DNA of 35,506 bases from an uncultured Clostridia bacterium (GCA_944381265.1 CALWKN010000046.1:1-35506); one strand, 5' to 3'. Positions 7,949 to 18,673 are shown, counted from the first letter of the stretch. Program-made: numbers and translations. The notes: generated by a model not told the origin, from the letters alone.

Positions 7949-9526
7949 CTACGGGCGGCAAAGGTCGATCCGCTTTGTCGCCACGCGCCGCACAAAGGCC
8001 GCGTCGTGCTCGACAAACACCATCGTCGGCTCGAACTCCAGTATCAGCTCCTCGATCTGCACGCGCGAGAAGATGTCGATGTAGTTGAGCGGCTCGTCCC
8101 AGAGGAAGAGATGCGCCCGCGCGCACAGGGACGCGGCCAGCAGCGCCTTCTTCTTCTGCCCCTGGGAAAAGGCGGACAGGTCCTTCTCAAACTGCGCCCG
8201 CGAAAAGTCCAGATGCCGCAGCACCGTCAAAAGCAGCGTGTAGTCCACGCCGCGCGCCAGGGCAAAGTCCCGCAGGCTGCCGGAAAGACGCGCCGCGTCC
8301 TGCTCCATGCGCGAGACGATCAGCCCCGCGCCCCGGCGAAACTCGCCCGCGTGCGGCACCGCCTCCCCCAGAAGGAGCCGCAGCAGCGACGTCTTGCCGC
8401 TGCCGTTCTTCCCGCACAGCGCCAGCCTGTCCCCCCGCTCCAGCGAAAAGGACACCGGCGCAAACAGCGGCCCCTCGCCGTAGTCCACCGTCAGCTTCTC
8501 AGCATAGAGCAGGCGCGGCTTGACGTAGGGGAGAGGCTGCAGGCGCAGCGGCGCCTCTCGCTCTAGATCGTGCAAAAGCGCCCGCTTTTCCTCCATCGCC
8601 TGCTCCCGCCGCGCCTCGATGTGCTTGGCCCGCTTCATCATCTTGGCCGACTTTGCGCCGATGAAGCCCCGGTCCGCCGCGTGCGTGCCGATCTTGGAGG
8701 CCTCCGTCCGCTCCGCCCAGGCCGCCTTCTGCCGCCCCGCCTGCGCAAGGCGCGCGATCTCCCCCTGCAGGCGCGCGTTCTCGTCCCGTTCGTATTGGTC
8801 GCGCGCCTCGCGGTTGCGCTTCCAGGAGCTGTAGTTCCCCTGCTGCAGTTCGACGCTCTCGCGGTTGAGCGCCAGTATGTGGTCGCACACGCCGTCCAGC
8901 AGCGTCCGATCGTGCGACACCAGCAAAAACCCCTTCTTGCCCGCAAGATACGCCTGCAGCAGCGCCCGCCCCTCGGCGTCCAGGTGGTTCGTCGGCTCGT
9001 CGATGAGCAGAAAGGCGTTCCTGCGCAGGAACAGCGCCGCCAGCTGCACCTTGGCCCGCTCCCCCGGCGAGAGCGTGGCATACGGCCGCCCGAGCGCCGC
9101 CGGGTCCAGGCCCAGCTTCCCCGTCTCGCTCAGCAGCCTCGCCTCCAGCGTGTAGCCGTCTATCTCCAGCTATCCCCCCAGCGCCTCGGCATACGCCTGC
9201 GCGCCGTCCGGCGCTGCCAGCGCCTCTTCCATGCGCTTTTCCAGCGCCGCGTAGGGCCCGGCGTGCGCCTTTGCCACCTCATGCGCCGTCCTGCTCTCGT
9301 CTTCCACCGGGAAGGGGAAGAGGTCAAAGGCGCAGGGCGCAACGATCCGCCCCGACGCCCCCGGCATCCCCGCAAGCAGCCGCAGCAGCGTCGTCTTCCC
9401 CTTGCCGTTGCGCCCGATGAAGCCCAGCTTCCAGTCCGTGTCCAGCGTAAAATTCACATGGGAAAATATCGTGTCCCCGTTGTCCGGGTACTGAAAGGAC
9501 AGATCGATGACCTGTATCGCCGCCAC
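7949..9526 (-). pseudogene. Lsa/CplR-like ribosome-protection ABC-F ATPase interrupted by one in-frame TAG at 9170-9172
   Basis: GTG 9526 with AGGAGG RBS; DTDWKLGFIGRNGKGKTT, LSPGE, LLIDEPTNHLD, GKNGSGKT, FSQGQKKK, LWDEPLNYID; no transmembrane segment; both halves are in the same frame (ALGG*LEIDGY). Confidence 0.85.
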
Positions 9527-9560
9527 GCGGCATCCCTCCTTTGCATTTCCCCCGGGCGCG

Positions 9561-9613
9561 AAAAATGGGGCGGGCACCGCGGAAAAAGACCTTCCGCGCT
9601 TGTGCCCGCCCCA
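9561..9613 (-). terminator. Premature (attenuator) terminator in the ABC-F leader
   Basis: - strand TGGGGCGGGCAC...GTGCCCGCCCCA followed by TTTTT, about 35 nt before the ABC-F start. Confidence 0.8.
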
Positions 9614-9754
9614 AAGGGGAGATCCCCCCGTATGCGCTGTGCCGCTTCTGCCGCGAAATGCGTCCCTTCCCGCCTGCCCATTCCCGATCTTTGCGCAGCC
9701 CAGGAAGAGAGCGCCTGTTTCGCCCTCCGTCAGCCTTACAAGATCCGGAATTTT

Positions 9755-9772
9755 TCAGCGGTCAAAACGCAT
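9755..9772 (-). CDS. Putative leader peptide (uORF) MRFDR
   Basis: - strand AAGGAGG, 7 nt spacer, then ATG CGT TTT GAC CGC TGA, between the promoter and the attenuator. Confidence 0.65.
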   Translation of the reverse strand: MRFDR

Positions 9773-9805
9773 TGCACAGCCTCCTTGCCGTTTCAAACTG
9801 TGCCC

Positions 9806-9835
9806 ATTGTAGCACGCGTAAGGCCCGCCTGTCAA
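9806..9835 (-). promoter_or_regulatory. Sigma-A-type promoter of the ABC-F leader
   Basis: TTGACA-18 nt-TACAAT with TG extension on the - strand. Confidence 0.75.
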
Positions 9836-9847
9836 TCCCCCCCCCTT

Positions 9848-10273
9848 TCAGGCGCAGCGCAGCGCGGACAGCCCCAGCTCCACGCGCGCGTCGTAGGTCA
9901 CGCGGTACAGCCCCGGCCCCACCTCGCAGGCGCAGCGCGGGTAGAGGTCGCAGTCGCAGACGAGCACGCTGCCAAAGCGCATCTTCTCCTCGGAAAAGGG
10001 CGTGCGCATCTCCGCGGACAGGTGCGCCTCCGCCCGCTGCGCGCGCGCCTGGCCCACCAGCATCAGCGGCACGACAAGGTCGTACACATAGCGGCGCAGG
10101 CCCTCTTCCGCCTCGCCCTGACAGCCGCGCAGCGTCACGCGGCACTGGTCATAGATCGGGTACAGCCCCTCCACCGGCCCGGTCAGCCCCGGGCAGGACA
10201 GCACTTCGCTGCGCAGCAGGACCTGCTGGCGCGCGCGGTAGGATACCGGTCGACAATACAACTGCGGATGCAT
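9848..10273 (-). CDS. Hypothetical Cys-rich 141-aa protein, possibly sporulation-associated
   Basis: ATG 10273 with GGGAGG RBS; C-terminal part of track ORF 9848..11557; CATAGTAT box upstream at 10314-10321. Confidence 0.65.
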   Translation of the reverse strand: MHPQLYCRPVSYRARQQVLLRSEVLSCPGLTGPVEGLYPIYDQCRVTLRGCQGEAEEGLRRYVYDLVVPLMLVGQARAQRAEAHLSAEMRTPFSEEKMRFGSVLVCDCDLYPRCACEVGPGLYRVTYDARVELGLSALRCA

Positions 10274-10400
10274 CTTCTCTTTCCTCCCGTATGCCTCTTT
10301 GCCATCGCCTTTCATACTATGCGCCGGGGCGCCGGAACTTGCCCCGCATAAACGTTTCGTAAAATGTGAACGCCGCGCGCGATTTCTCCGCCCGCCGCTC

Positions 10401-10429
10401 TTGCTTTTTTGGCGTGGATATGCTAGTAT
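10401..10429 (+). promoter_or_regulatory. Probable promoter for tig-clpP-clpX
   Basis: TTGCTT-17 nt-TAGTAT with TG extension. Confidence 0.5.
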
Positions 10430-10498
10430 TCCTAGGATAGTGTTTGATATTCGCCGCGCGCCGGAAGGGCCGAGCGGCATTTGGAGGGTAAGACAAAG

Positions 10499-11791
10499 AT
10501 GAGCGCTACGATCGAGAAACTTTCGTCCAACCAGGTCAAGCTGACCGTGACCGTCCCCGCCGCCGACTTTGAGGCTGCCATGGGCCGCGCCTACGGCAAG
10601 CTCCGCAACCGCCTGACCGTCCCCGGCTTCCGCAAGGGCAAGGCGCCCCGCAAGGTCATCGAGAACTACTACGGCACCGGCGTCCTGGTGGAGGAGGCCT
10701 TTAACGACATACTGCCCGGCTCCTACGACAAGGCCGTGGAGGAGACCGGCGCCCATCCCGTCGACCAGCCGGAGATCGACATCACCACCCTTGGCGCCGG
10801 CGAGGACTGCGTCTACACCGCCACCGTCTACGTCCGCCCCGAGGTGACCCTGGGTCAGTACAAGGGCGTCGCCGTGCCCGCCGCCAAGTGGGAAGTGAAG
10901 CCCGAGGAGATCGACCGCGAGATCGACCGCGCCGCCGAGCGCGTCTCCCGCATGGTCGAGGTGGAGGACCGCGCCGCCCAGATGGGCGACACCGCCAACA
11001 TCGACTACGCCGGCACCGTGGACGGCGTCGCCTTCGAGGGCGGCACCTCCAAGAACATGCCCCTGGAACTTGGCAGCGGCATGTTCATCCCCGGTTTCGA
11101 AGAGCAGATCGTGGGTATGAATAAGGGAGAGGAGCGCGACATCCACGTCACCTTCCCCGAGGACTACCGCGCAACCGACCTTGCCGGCAAGGAGGCCGTC
11201 TTCCACGTCAAGCTCAACTCCCTGACCCGCAAGGAGAAGCCCGAGATCAACGACGACTTTGCCAAGGACGTCTCGGAGTTCGACACGCTGGCCGACTACC
11301 GCGCCGACGTCGAGAAGCGCCTTACGGAGCAGGCCAAGACCCGCGCCGAGAACGAGCGCCGCGACAAGATCCTGGACGCCGTCTGCGCGGGCGCCCAGGT
11401 GGACATCCCCGCGCCCATGATCGAGCGCCAGCTCGACCAGCGCATCAACAACATGGAGATGCAGATGCGCTACCAGGGCCTGAAGCTGGAGGACTTCCTG
11501 AAGTACACCGGCCAGTCCCTCGCCCAGCTGCGCGAGAGCTACCGCGAGGAGGCGCAAAAGCAGGTCCTGGCGGAGCTCGTTCTTGACGCCGTGCGCGCGG
11601 CGGAGAACATCGAGGCCACCGACGAGGACGTCGACGCCGAGATCGCAAAGTATGCTGAGAGTGCCGAAAAGTCCGCCGAGGACATCAAGAAGACGCTCTC
11701 TGACAGCGACATGGACTACTTCCGCGAGATGGTCAAGACCCAGAAGGCCCTCGACCTGATCGTGGATGCCGCCGTGGACGCCGCCGAATAA
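10499..11791 (+). CDS. tig: Trigger factor
   Basis: PGFRKGKAP ribosome-binding signature; FKBP-type [25 protein letters not shown]; GGAGG RBS. Confidence 0.97.
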   Translation: MSATIEKLSSNQVKLTVTVPAADFEAAMGRAYGKLRNRLTVPGFRKGKAPRKVIENYYGTGVLVEEAFNDILPGSYDKAVEETGAHPVDQPEIDITTLGAGEDCVYTATVYVRPEVTLGQYKGVAVPAAKWEVKPEEIDREIDRAAERVSRMVEVEDRAAQMGDTANIDYAGTVDGVAFEGGTSKNMPLELGSGMFIPGFEEQIVGMNKGEERDIHVTFPEDYRATDLAGKEAVFHVKLNSLTRKEKPEINDDFAKDVSEFDTLADYRADVEKRLTEQAKTRAENERRDKILDAVCAGAQVDIPAPMIERQLDQRINNMEMQMRYQGLKLEDFLKYTGQSLAQLRESYREEAQKQVLAELVLDAVRAAENIEATDEDVDAEIAKYAESAEKSAEDIKKTLSDSDMDYFREMVKTQKALDLIVDAAVDAAE

Positions 11792-11829
11792 CGCGGCGCG
11801 CAGCCCCAGAATACAGAACCGCCCGCACC

Positions 11830-11870
11830 GCGCAATGCTCCGAAAGTTCCGCGCTTTTGGGGCATTGCGC
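11830..11870 (+). other. Long stem-loop between tig and clpP (RNA stability, processing or weak terminator)
   Basis: GCGCAATGCTCCGAAAG/CTTTTGGGGCATTGCGC with G-U pairs and no T tract. Confidence 0.5.
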
Positions 11871-11940
11871 GCATACGGGAAGCGGATCCCGGAAAAACTA
11901 TCCGACGCGCCGCATCCGGCGCAAAAGGAGGGAACACCCT

Positions 11941-12525
11941 ATGAGCCTCGTCCCCATCGTCGTAGAACAGACCAACCGCGGCGAAAGATCGTACGACATC
12001 TATTCCCGCCTGCTCAAGGACCGCATCATCTTCCTGTCCGGGGAGATCGACGACGTGACGGCGAACCTCATCGTCGCGCAGATGCTCTTCCTGGAGATGG
12101 AGGATCCCGATAAGGAGATCAACCTCTACATCAACAGCCCCGGCGGCTCGGTCACGGCGGGCATGGCCATCTATGACACCATGCAGTACCTGCGCTGCCC
12201 GGTCTCGACCCTTTGCATCGGCATGGCGGCCTCCATGGGCGCCTTCCTGCTCACCGCCGGCGCCAAGGGCATGCGCCGCATACTGCCCAACGCCGAGGTC
12301 ATGATCCATCAGCCCCTGGGCGGCGCGCAGGGCCAGGCCACCGACATCGCCATCCACGCCGAGTACATCCTCAAGATCAAGAAAAAACTCAACACGATCC
12401 TCTCCCAGCGCACCGGCCAGCCCCTGGAAAAGGTCGAGGCCGACACCGAGCGCGACCACTTCCTCTCCGCCGAGGAGGCCCTTGCCTACGGCATCGTGGA
12501 CGAGATCGTCCCGCCCCGGCGCTGA
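11941..12525 (+). CDS. clpP: ATP-dependent Clp protease proteolytic subunit
   Basis: [48 protein letters not shown]; AAGGAGG RBS. Confidence 0.98.
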   Translation: MSLVPIVVEQTNRGERSYDIYSRLLKDRIIFLSGEIDDVTANLIVAQMLFLEMEDPDKEINLYINSPGGSVTAGMAIYDTMQYLRCPVSTLCIGMAASMGAFLLTAGAKGMRRILPNAEVMIHQPLGGAQGQATDIAIHAEYILKIKKKLNTILSQRTGQPLEKVEADTERDHFLSAEEALAYGIVDEIVPPRR

Positions 12526-12555
12526 CGCAATTTTATTTGTTAAAAGGGGTACAGC

Positions 12556-13872
<1,317 letters not shown>

Positions 13873-13896
13873 AAAAACACGCGTCCCAAAAGCATC

Positions 13897-13938
13897 GACG
13901 CCCCTTGTCCGCAGGGAATCCTCGGGACAAGGGGCGTC
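13897..13938. terminator. Bidirectional terminator between clpX and the GNAT gene
   Basis: 14-bp stem GACGCCCCTTGTCC/GGACAAGGGGCGTC between convergent genes. Confidence 0.7.
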
Positions 13939-13941
13939 CGT

Positions 13942-14409
13942 TTATTCTGCTCGCAGCGCCAGAACGTAGATTTGGCAGGGATTGTTCTTGTCCCAGAGCG
14001 TTGGGAAGCACTCGAACTCCTCAAAGCCCTGGCTTCGATAGAAGCGGTTCGTCGCGTCGTACTGCGGGTAGCGCCCCATCTGCACGGTCTTGACCTGCAA
14101 AAAGACACAGCCCTGCGCCCGCGCCCAGGCCTTGGCCGCCCGCACCAGCGCCGCGCCCAGGCCCCGCCGCTGCCAGGCGCGCGCAACGCCCATCACCGCG
14201 ATCTCCGCCGTGCGCGGCCCGGTCCGCCGCAGCGCCAGGAAGCCCGTGACTTCCCCCGCCTCCTCGGTGCAAAAGCACGCCTGCCCCGCGCAGTCCGCGA
14301 TGTAGGCCTCGCGCGACTCCGCGATGCCGAACCACCACTCCGGCAGCCCCTCCAGTATGCGCCGGGCAATGGCTGCCCTTTCCGCCGGATCCGATACAGA
14401 GCGCGTCAT
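13942..14409 (-). CDS. GNAT-family N-acetyltransferase
   Basis: LPEWWFG, AEIAVMGV..WQRRGLGAAL, FLQVKTV, TNRFYRSQGF; ATG overlaps the upstream stop (ATGA). Confidence 0.88.
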   Translation of the reverse strand: MTRSVSDPAERAAIARRILEGLPEWWFGIAESREAYIADCAGQACFCTEEAGEVTGFLALRRTGPRTAEIAVMGVARAWQRRGLGAALVRAAKAWARAQGCVFLQVKTVQMGRYPQYDATNRFYRSQGFEEFECFPTLWDKNNPCQIYVLALRAE

Positions 14410-15446
14410 GGCGCTTCCTCCGTAAACACCATGCCGGGGAAGATGTTTCGCATCCTCTCGTCCGTGAAGCGCTCGTCGATGAACTGCATGAAGGCGTTCT
14501 GCGGCGGGATGTCGTCCATCCGCTGGATCCAGCGCGCCAGCGCAATGCAGGTCACAACGGCGTTCACCACAAAGAACGCCATCACCGCCCAGGTCAGCGC
14601 CTTGCCCACGCGGTTGGGGATCTTGAGGATCCACTTGGCCATCAGCGGGTAGAGCCGCTTGATCCAAAGCACCCCCAGCACCCCCCAGAACACCGAGTAC
14701 AGCAGGCAGATGCGCCCGTTGAGGTTGAAGGGCAGGTGGCTGTAGTCCCAGGAGCGCGAGCCCAGCACCAGCTCCTGCAGCAGCGAGCAGACGTACTCCA
14801 CCGCGCTGCCCACCACCATGCCGCTTAGGAACGACAGCCACGGCCCGCGGTTGCGGTAGCGGTACAGCGCCAGCGACAGCGCCACCGCGCCCACGCCGTA
14901 GAGCGGGTTGAACGGCCCGTACACCAGCGCGCTGCGGCTCTCGATGCGCCCGTGGATCAGTATGCACCACAGTACCTCCACCACCACGCCCAGGAAACTG
15001 CCCAGGTAAAACACCCACAGCAGCTTGTACAGGCTCAGGCCCTTGGTGAAGTGGTTGCTCGCCGCTTCCTCGGCGTCGATCACCGCGTTTGGCGGCGTAG
15101 GAAAGCGCAGGCGGCGCTTCTTTCGCACCGGGCGCATGTCGTTCCAGCGCGCGCCAAGCTCGTCCCGCACGTCAAAGAGCCGCTGCCGCGCCCGCGTGAT
15201 GTTGACCGAGGCGCGCCGGAAGGAGTCCAGCTCCTGCCGGATCTGCCGGTCCATGGCCTTCGGATCCTCCGGGTGCAGCATCTGCGGGTAGAACTCGTCC
15301 ATCTTCTGCGCCGTGCGCACCGCGCTCTCCAGCAGCTTCTGGCTCTGCGCCTCCATCTCCGTCACGCGCGCCTGCTGCGGCACCGTCTCCGGCGCGTACA
15401 CCGTCGGCACGGCCGCTTTTCTCTTTCTCTTTTTCGTCAAACTCAT
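14406..15446 (-). CDS. CmpB/TmcB-like putative ABC-type permease family membrane protein with a soluble N-terminal extension
   Basis: FLGVVVE, GPFNPLYGVGA, VEYVCS, WDYSHLPFNLNGRICLLYSVFWG motifs; GGAGG RBS. Confidence 0.8.
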   Translation of the reverse strand: MSLTKKRKRKAAVPTVYAPETVPQQARVTEMEAQSQKLLESAVRTAQKMDEFYPQMLHPEDPKAMDRQIRQELDSFRRASVNITRARQRLFDVRDELGARWNDMRPVRKKRRLRFPTPPNAVIDAEEAASNHFTKGLSLYKLLWVFYLGSFLGVVVEVLWCILIHGRIESRSALVYGPFNPLYGVGAVALSLALYRYRNRGPWLSFLSGMVVGSAVEYVCSLLQELVLGSRSWDYSHLPFNLNGRICLLYSVFWGVLGVLWIKRLYPLMAKWILKIPNRVGKALTWAVMAFFVVNAVVTCIALARWIQRMDDIPPQNAFMQFIDERFTDERMRNIFPGMVFTEEAP

Positions 15447-15470
15447 CCCTCCGCTTGCAGTGCTGTGACC

Positions 15471-15499
15471 AGTATACCCTCTTTCCGCCGTTTCCGCAA
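15471..15499 (-). promoter_or_regulatory. Promoter for the CmpB-like/GNAT pair
   Basis: TTGCGG-17 nt-TATACT on the - strand. Confidence 0.55.
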
Positions 15500-15517
15500 A
15501 TGTTTTGTGAGAAAATC

Positions 15518-15555
15518 ATTTCGCCTGCCGAGAACAGCTTCCCGGCAGGCGAAAT
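15518..15555 (-). terminator. Probable terminator of the DUF4038 gene
   Basis: 13-bp stem ATTTCGCCTGCCG/CGGCAGGCGAAAT, followed by GATTTT on the - strand. Confidence 0.6.
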
Positions 15556-15580
15556 CAAAGGGGAGAGGAGGCCGCGTTTT

Positions 15581-16867
15581 TTAGCGCACTTCCTCCAAGA
15601 TCAGCACATAGTCGCAGCCCTTGCCCTGCGTCGGCGGCACGAACAGGTTCTGCCCCACCGGCGGCAGCACGGCAAAGACCCGCTCCTGCCCGTCCCGCGG
15701 GTCGAACCACAGCGCCCGCAGATGCTTTGCCGCCGGGAAGCGGTCCAGATGCAGCGCAAACGGCGCGCCCAAGGGGCTGTAGACGTAGGCGTAGCCGTCG
15801 CCCTGCGCCGCGGCCATGTGCCCCATGCCGGGGTACTGCGACGCCAGCAGCTCCGGCGCGGGCCGCAAGGAGAAGTAGTCGCGCGAGAGCCGCAGCTGCT
15901 TGACGAAGTGGATCTGCTCCGCGCCCGGGTGCGTCAGCGCCTCCTCCCAGGTGTAAGGATAGTAGGAGTTCGGCTGCTTCGTCATGCTCCAGATGGCGTG
16001 GTTGCCGTAGGTGTGGCCGCAGGCGCCGGAGAGCACGTCCCAGTAGGCGTTCTGCCGCACGTCCTCCGCCCGCCAGAAGTAGCCGATCCGGTCGTTGAAG
16101 CAGGCCGGATGGTCCTCGTAGCGCGGCTCGGAGTCCATGTAGGGCTTGTCGGACGATGCCGCCATCTTTGCCATGATCTCGTCGCTGCGGTAGCACTGCG
16201 CCACATCGTGCCCGGTCTGCGAGGTGTGAAAATCGATGTACGGCGCGTCGCCGAGGAAGTCCGTGGAGTCGCGCCCGCCCGGCGGGTGGAAGGTGATCAG
16301 GTGGCTTTCGTCCATCTCCCGGATGCCGCGCGCCATGGCGTCCATCACCGCGCGGTGCTTCGGCTCCAGGGGCCGGTCGCCGCCCAGCATCCAGATGATG
16401 TTCCACTTCTCGCGGTAGCGCGCCGCGATCCACTTGCCGTACACATAGGCGTTCTCCGGGTCGAAGATCTCCGGCCCCTTGCCGAAGAAGCAGTTGAACT
16501 TGTCGCCCCAGGTCGGCAGCAGCGTGATGAACAGCCCGCGCTGCGCCGCCGCCTCCACCGCGTAGTCCACGTGCTCCCAGTAGGAATAGCCGGGCGCAAG
16601 ATCGGGCTTTGTCGGGTCGGGGCGTCCGTCGGTGAACAGGAGCGGCAGGCGGCCGTAGGCGTTTGGCACGGTCACGCCCTCGAACTCCGCCAGCGCCACC
16701 GCCTGCACGGCGGTAAAGCCCTGGCGCGCCCGCTCGGCAAAGTAGCGGTCCATCTCCCCGCGGTCCAGGCGGTGGAAGATCTCCCAGGCCGTGTCGCCCA
16801 GGTAGAAGAAGGGCGCGCCGTCGTCCCAGGACAGATAGCGCCCGCGCACTTGCAGTTTTCGCATCAT
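15581..16867 (-). CDS. DUF4038 / GH140 apiosidase-like glycoside hydrolase with C-terminal collagen-binding-like domain
   Basis: PFFYLGDTAWE, LLPTWGD, NIIWMLGGD, LITFHP, SQTGH, DSEPRYEDH, GHTYGNHAIW, WFDPRDG; no signal peptide. Confidence 0.85.
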   Translation of the reverse strand: MMRKLQVRGRYLSWDDGAPFFYLGDTAWEIFHRLDRGEMDRYFAERARQGFTAVQAVALAEFEGVTVPNAYGRLPLLFTDGRPDPTKPDLAPGYSYWEHVDYAVEAAAQRGLFITLLPTWGDKFNCFFGKGPEIFDPENAYVYGKWIAARYREKWNIIWMLGGDRPLEPKHRAVMDAMARGIREMDESHLITFHPPGGRDSTDFLGDAPYIDFHTSQTGHDVAQCYRSDEIMAKMAASSDKPYMDSEPRYEDHPACFNDRIGYFWRAEDVRQNAYWDVLSGACGHTYGNHAIWSMTKQPNSYYPYTWEEALTHPGAEQIHFVKQLRLSRDYFSLRPAPELLASQYPGMGHMAAAQGDGYAYVYSPLGAPFALHLDRFPAAKHLRALWFDPRDGQERVFAVLPPVGQNLFVPPTQGKGCDYVLILEEVR

Positions 16868-16909
16868 TCGCATCCCCCTTGTAGGAAAGTTTGTCTGTAC
16901 TCCCATGTC

Positions 16910-16938
16910 AGTATAGAGGATTTTCCCCCGTTTGGCAA
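16910..16938 (-). promoter_or_regulatory. Promoter for the DUF4038 gene
   Basis: TTGCCA-17 nt-TATACT on the - strand. Confidence 0.6.
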
Positions 16939-16943
16939 GCGGC

Positions 16944-16973
16944 GCATAGGGACAAAGCGCGGGGCGCAAAATA
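16944..16973 (+). promoter_or_regulatory. Sigma-F-like forespore promoter for lonB
   Basis: GCATA-15 nt-GCGCAAAATA; lonB is sigma-F dependent in Bacillus subtilis. Confidence 0.5.
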
Positions 16974-16999
16974 CCCCCTGGAAACGGAGGGAGAAAACG

Positions 17000-18673
17000 A
17001 TGTACATTGCCATTTTGCTGATCCAGGTGCTGGTGAGCGTGGTGGTTGGGCTCTACTTCCTGCGCGCGATGCGCCGCGAGCGCCAGGGCGCCGCCCGCGC
17101 CACGCCCGAGTCGCTCCGCGAGCTGGACAAGATGCGCAAACTGCGCGAGATCCGCCTGAACCTGCCCCTGGGCGAGCAGGTGCGCCCGCAGCGCTTTGCC
17201 GACATCATCGGCCAGGAGGAGGGCATACGCGCGCTGTGCGCGGTGCTTTGCGGCCCCAACCCCCAGCACGTGATCCTCTACGGCCCGCCGGGCGTGGGCA
17301 AGACCTGCGCCGCGCGCCTGGTGCTGGAGCACGCCAAGGCCCAGCCGGACTCCGCCTTTGCCAAGAACGCCCCCTTTGTGGAGATGGACGCCACCTGCGT
17401 CCGTTTTGTCGAGCGCGCCATCGCCGACCCGCTCATCGGCTCCGTACACGACCCCATCTACCAGGGCGCGGGGCCCCTGGGCGTCAACGGCGTGCCCCAG
17501 CCCAAGCCCGGCGCCGTCACCCGCGCCCACGGCGGCGTGCTCTTCCTGGACGAGATCGGCGAGCTCCACCCCATGCAGATGAACAAGCTCCTCAAGGTGC
17601 TCGAGGACCGCAAGGTGATGCTCGACTCCGCCTACTACTCCGAGAGCGACCGCAACATCCCCCGCCACATCCACGACATCTTCCAAAACGGCCTGCCGGC
17701 GGACTTCCGCCTCGTCGCCGCCACCACCCGCCAGCCGGAGGAGCTGCCGCCCGCCCTGCGCTCGCGCTGCATGGAGATCCACTTCCGCGCCCTTACCGCG
17801 GAGGAGACCGCCCGCATCGCCCGCAACGCCGCCTCCGCCGCCGGGTACGCGCTGGAACCCGGGTGCGACGCGCTCATCGGCCGCTATGCCCCCGGCGGGC
17901 GCGACGCCGCGAACCTCGTGCAGGTGGGACTGGGGCTTGCCCGCAACGCCGGGCGAACCACCATCACGGTCGAAGACATCGAGTACGTGCTTCGCACCGG
18001 CAGCTACGCCCCGCGCCCGGACCGCCGCGTGTTCGGCGGGCGCAGCGTTGGCAAGGTCAACGGCCTTGCGGTCGTGGGCGGCAGCGTCGGCGCGGTGCTC
18101 CCCATCGAGGCCGTCGCCTTTCCCGCCGCCGCCTCCCGCGGCGCCTGGCAGGCCACCGGCATCATCGAGACGGAGGAGATGGAGTCCGGCGCCCGCCGCA
18201 TGACCCGCCGCTCCACCGCCGCCGGCGCGGTGGAGAACGTGCGCACCGCCCTGCGCGGCCTGGGCTACGCGGTGGACGATTTCGACGTGCACATCGACTT
18301 CCCCGGCGGCATGCCGGTGGACGGCCCCTCGGCCGGCGCGGCCATGGCGGTGGCGGTCTGCTCCGCCCTCACCGGGCAGAGCGCGGACGGCGAGACCGCC
18401 CTCACCGGCGAAGTCGGCATCTCCGGCGAGATCCTGCCCGTGGGCGGCGTGCCCGCCAAGGTCGAGGCCGCGCTGCGCGGCGGGGCCACCCGCGTGCTCG
18501 TCCCGCGCGAGAACTACGAGCGCGCCCTGCGCGCTTTGCCCGCCGTCCAGCCCATCGACACGCTGGAGGAGGCCCTGCGCGCGCTGCTCGAGCCCGCCGC
18601 CCTGCCCGCGCAGAACCCCGCCGCCTTCCCCGCGCAAGCGCCCGCCGCCGTGCTCACCGCAAAGCAGGCGTAA
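17000..18673 (+). CDS. lonB: Sporulation ATP-dependent protease LonB
   Basis: N-terminal [55 protein letters not shown] and GGVPAK (Ser-Lys dyad); GGAGG RBS. Confidence 0.93.
   Translation: MYIAILLIQVLVSVVVGLYFLRAMRRERQGAARATPESLRELDKMRKLREIRLNLPLGEQVRPQRFADIIGQEEGIRALCAVLCGPNPQHVILYGPPGVGKTCAARLVLEHAKAQPDSAFAKNAPFVEMDATCVRFVERAIADPLIGSVHDPIYQGAGPLGVNGVPQPKPGAVTRAHGGVLFLDEIGELHPMQMNKLLKVLEDRKVMLDSAYYSESDRNIPRHIHDIFQNGLPADFRLVAATTRQPEELPPALRSRCMEIHFRALTAEETARIARNAASAAGYALEPGCDALIGRYAPGGRDAANLVQVGLGLARNAGRTTITVEDIEYVLRTGSYAPRPDRRVFGGRSVGKVNGLAVVGGSVGAVLPIEAVAFPAAASRGAWQATGIIETEEMESGARRMTRRSTAAGAVENVRTALRGLGYAVDDFDVHIDFPGGMPVDGPSAGAAMAVAVCSALTGQSADGETALTGEVGISGEILPVGGVPAKVEAALRGGATRVLVPRENYERALRALPAVQPIDTLEEALRALLEPAALPAQNPAAFPAQAPAAVLTAKQA

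Noticed and set aside
9170-9172. Genome-wide TAG recoding or pyrrolysine
   Set aside because: TAG is a normal stop for larA, CLC, ppk2 and spoIIP, and there are no pyl genes or other internal TAG codons in the window
11792-11940. CtsR or CIRCE operator before clpP
   Set aside because: No tandem GTCAAA heptads or TTAGCACTC-N9-GAGTGCTAA found by eye
15455-18673. Overlapping 1072-aa (+) and 1018-aa (-) ORFs as giant bidirectional genes
   Set aside because: Each is a real gene (lonB or DUF4038) extended by the stop-free antisense frame of the other, which is common in GC-rich DNA; both real starts have RBS and promoters in 16868-16999
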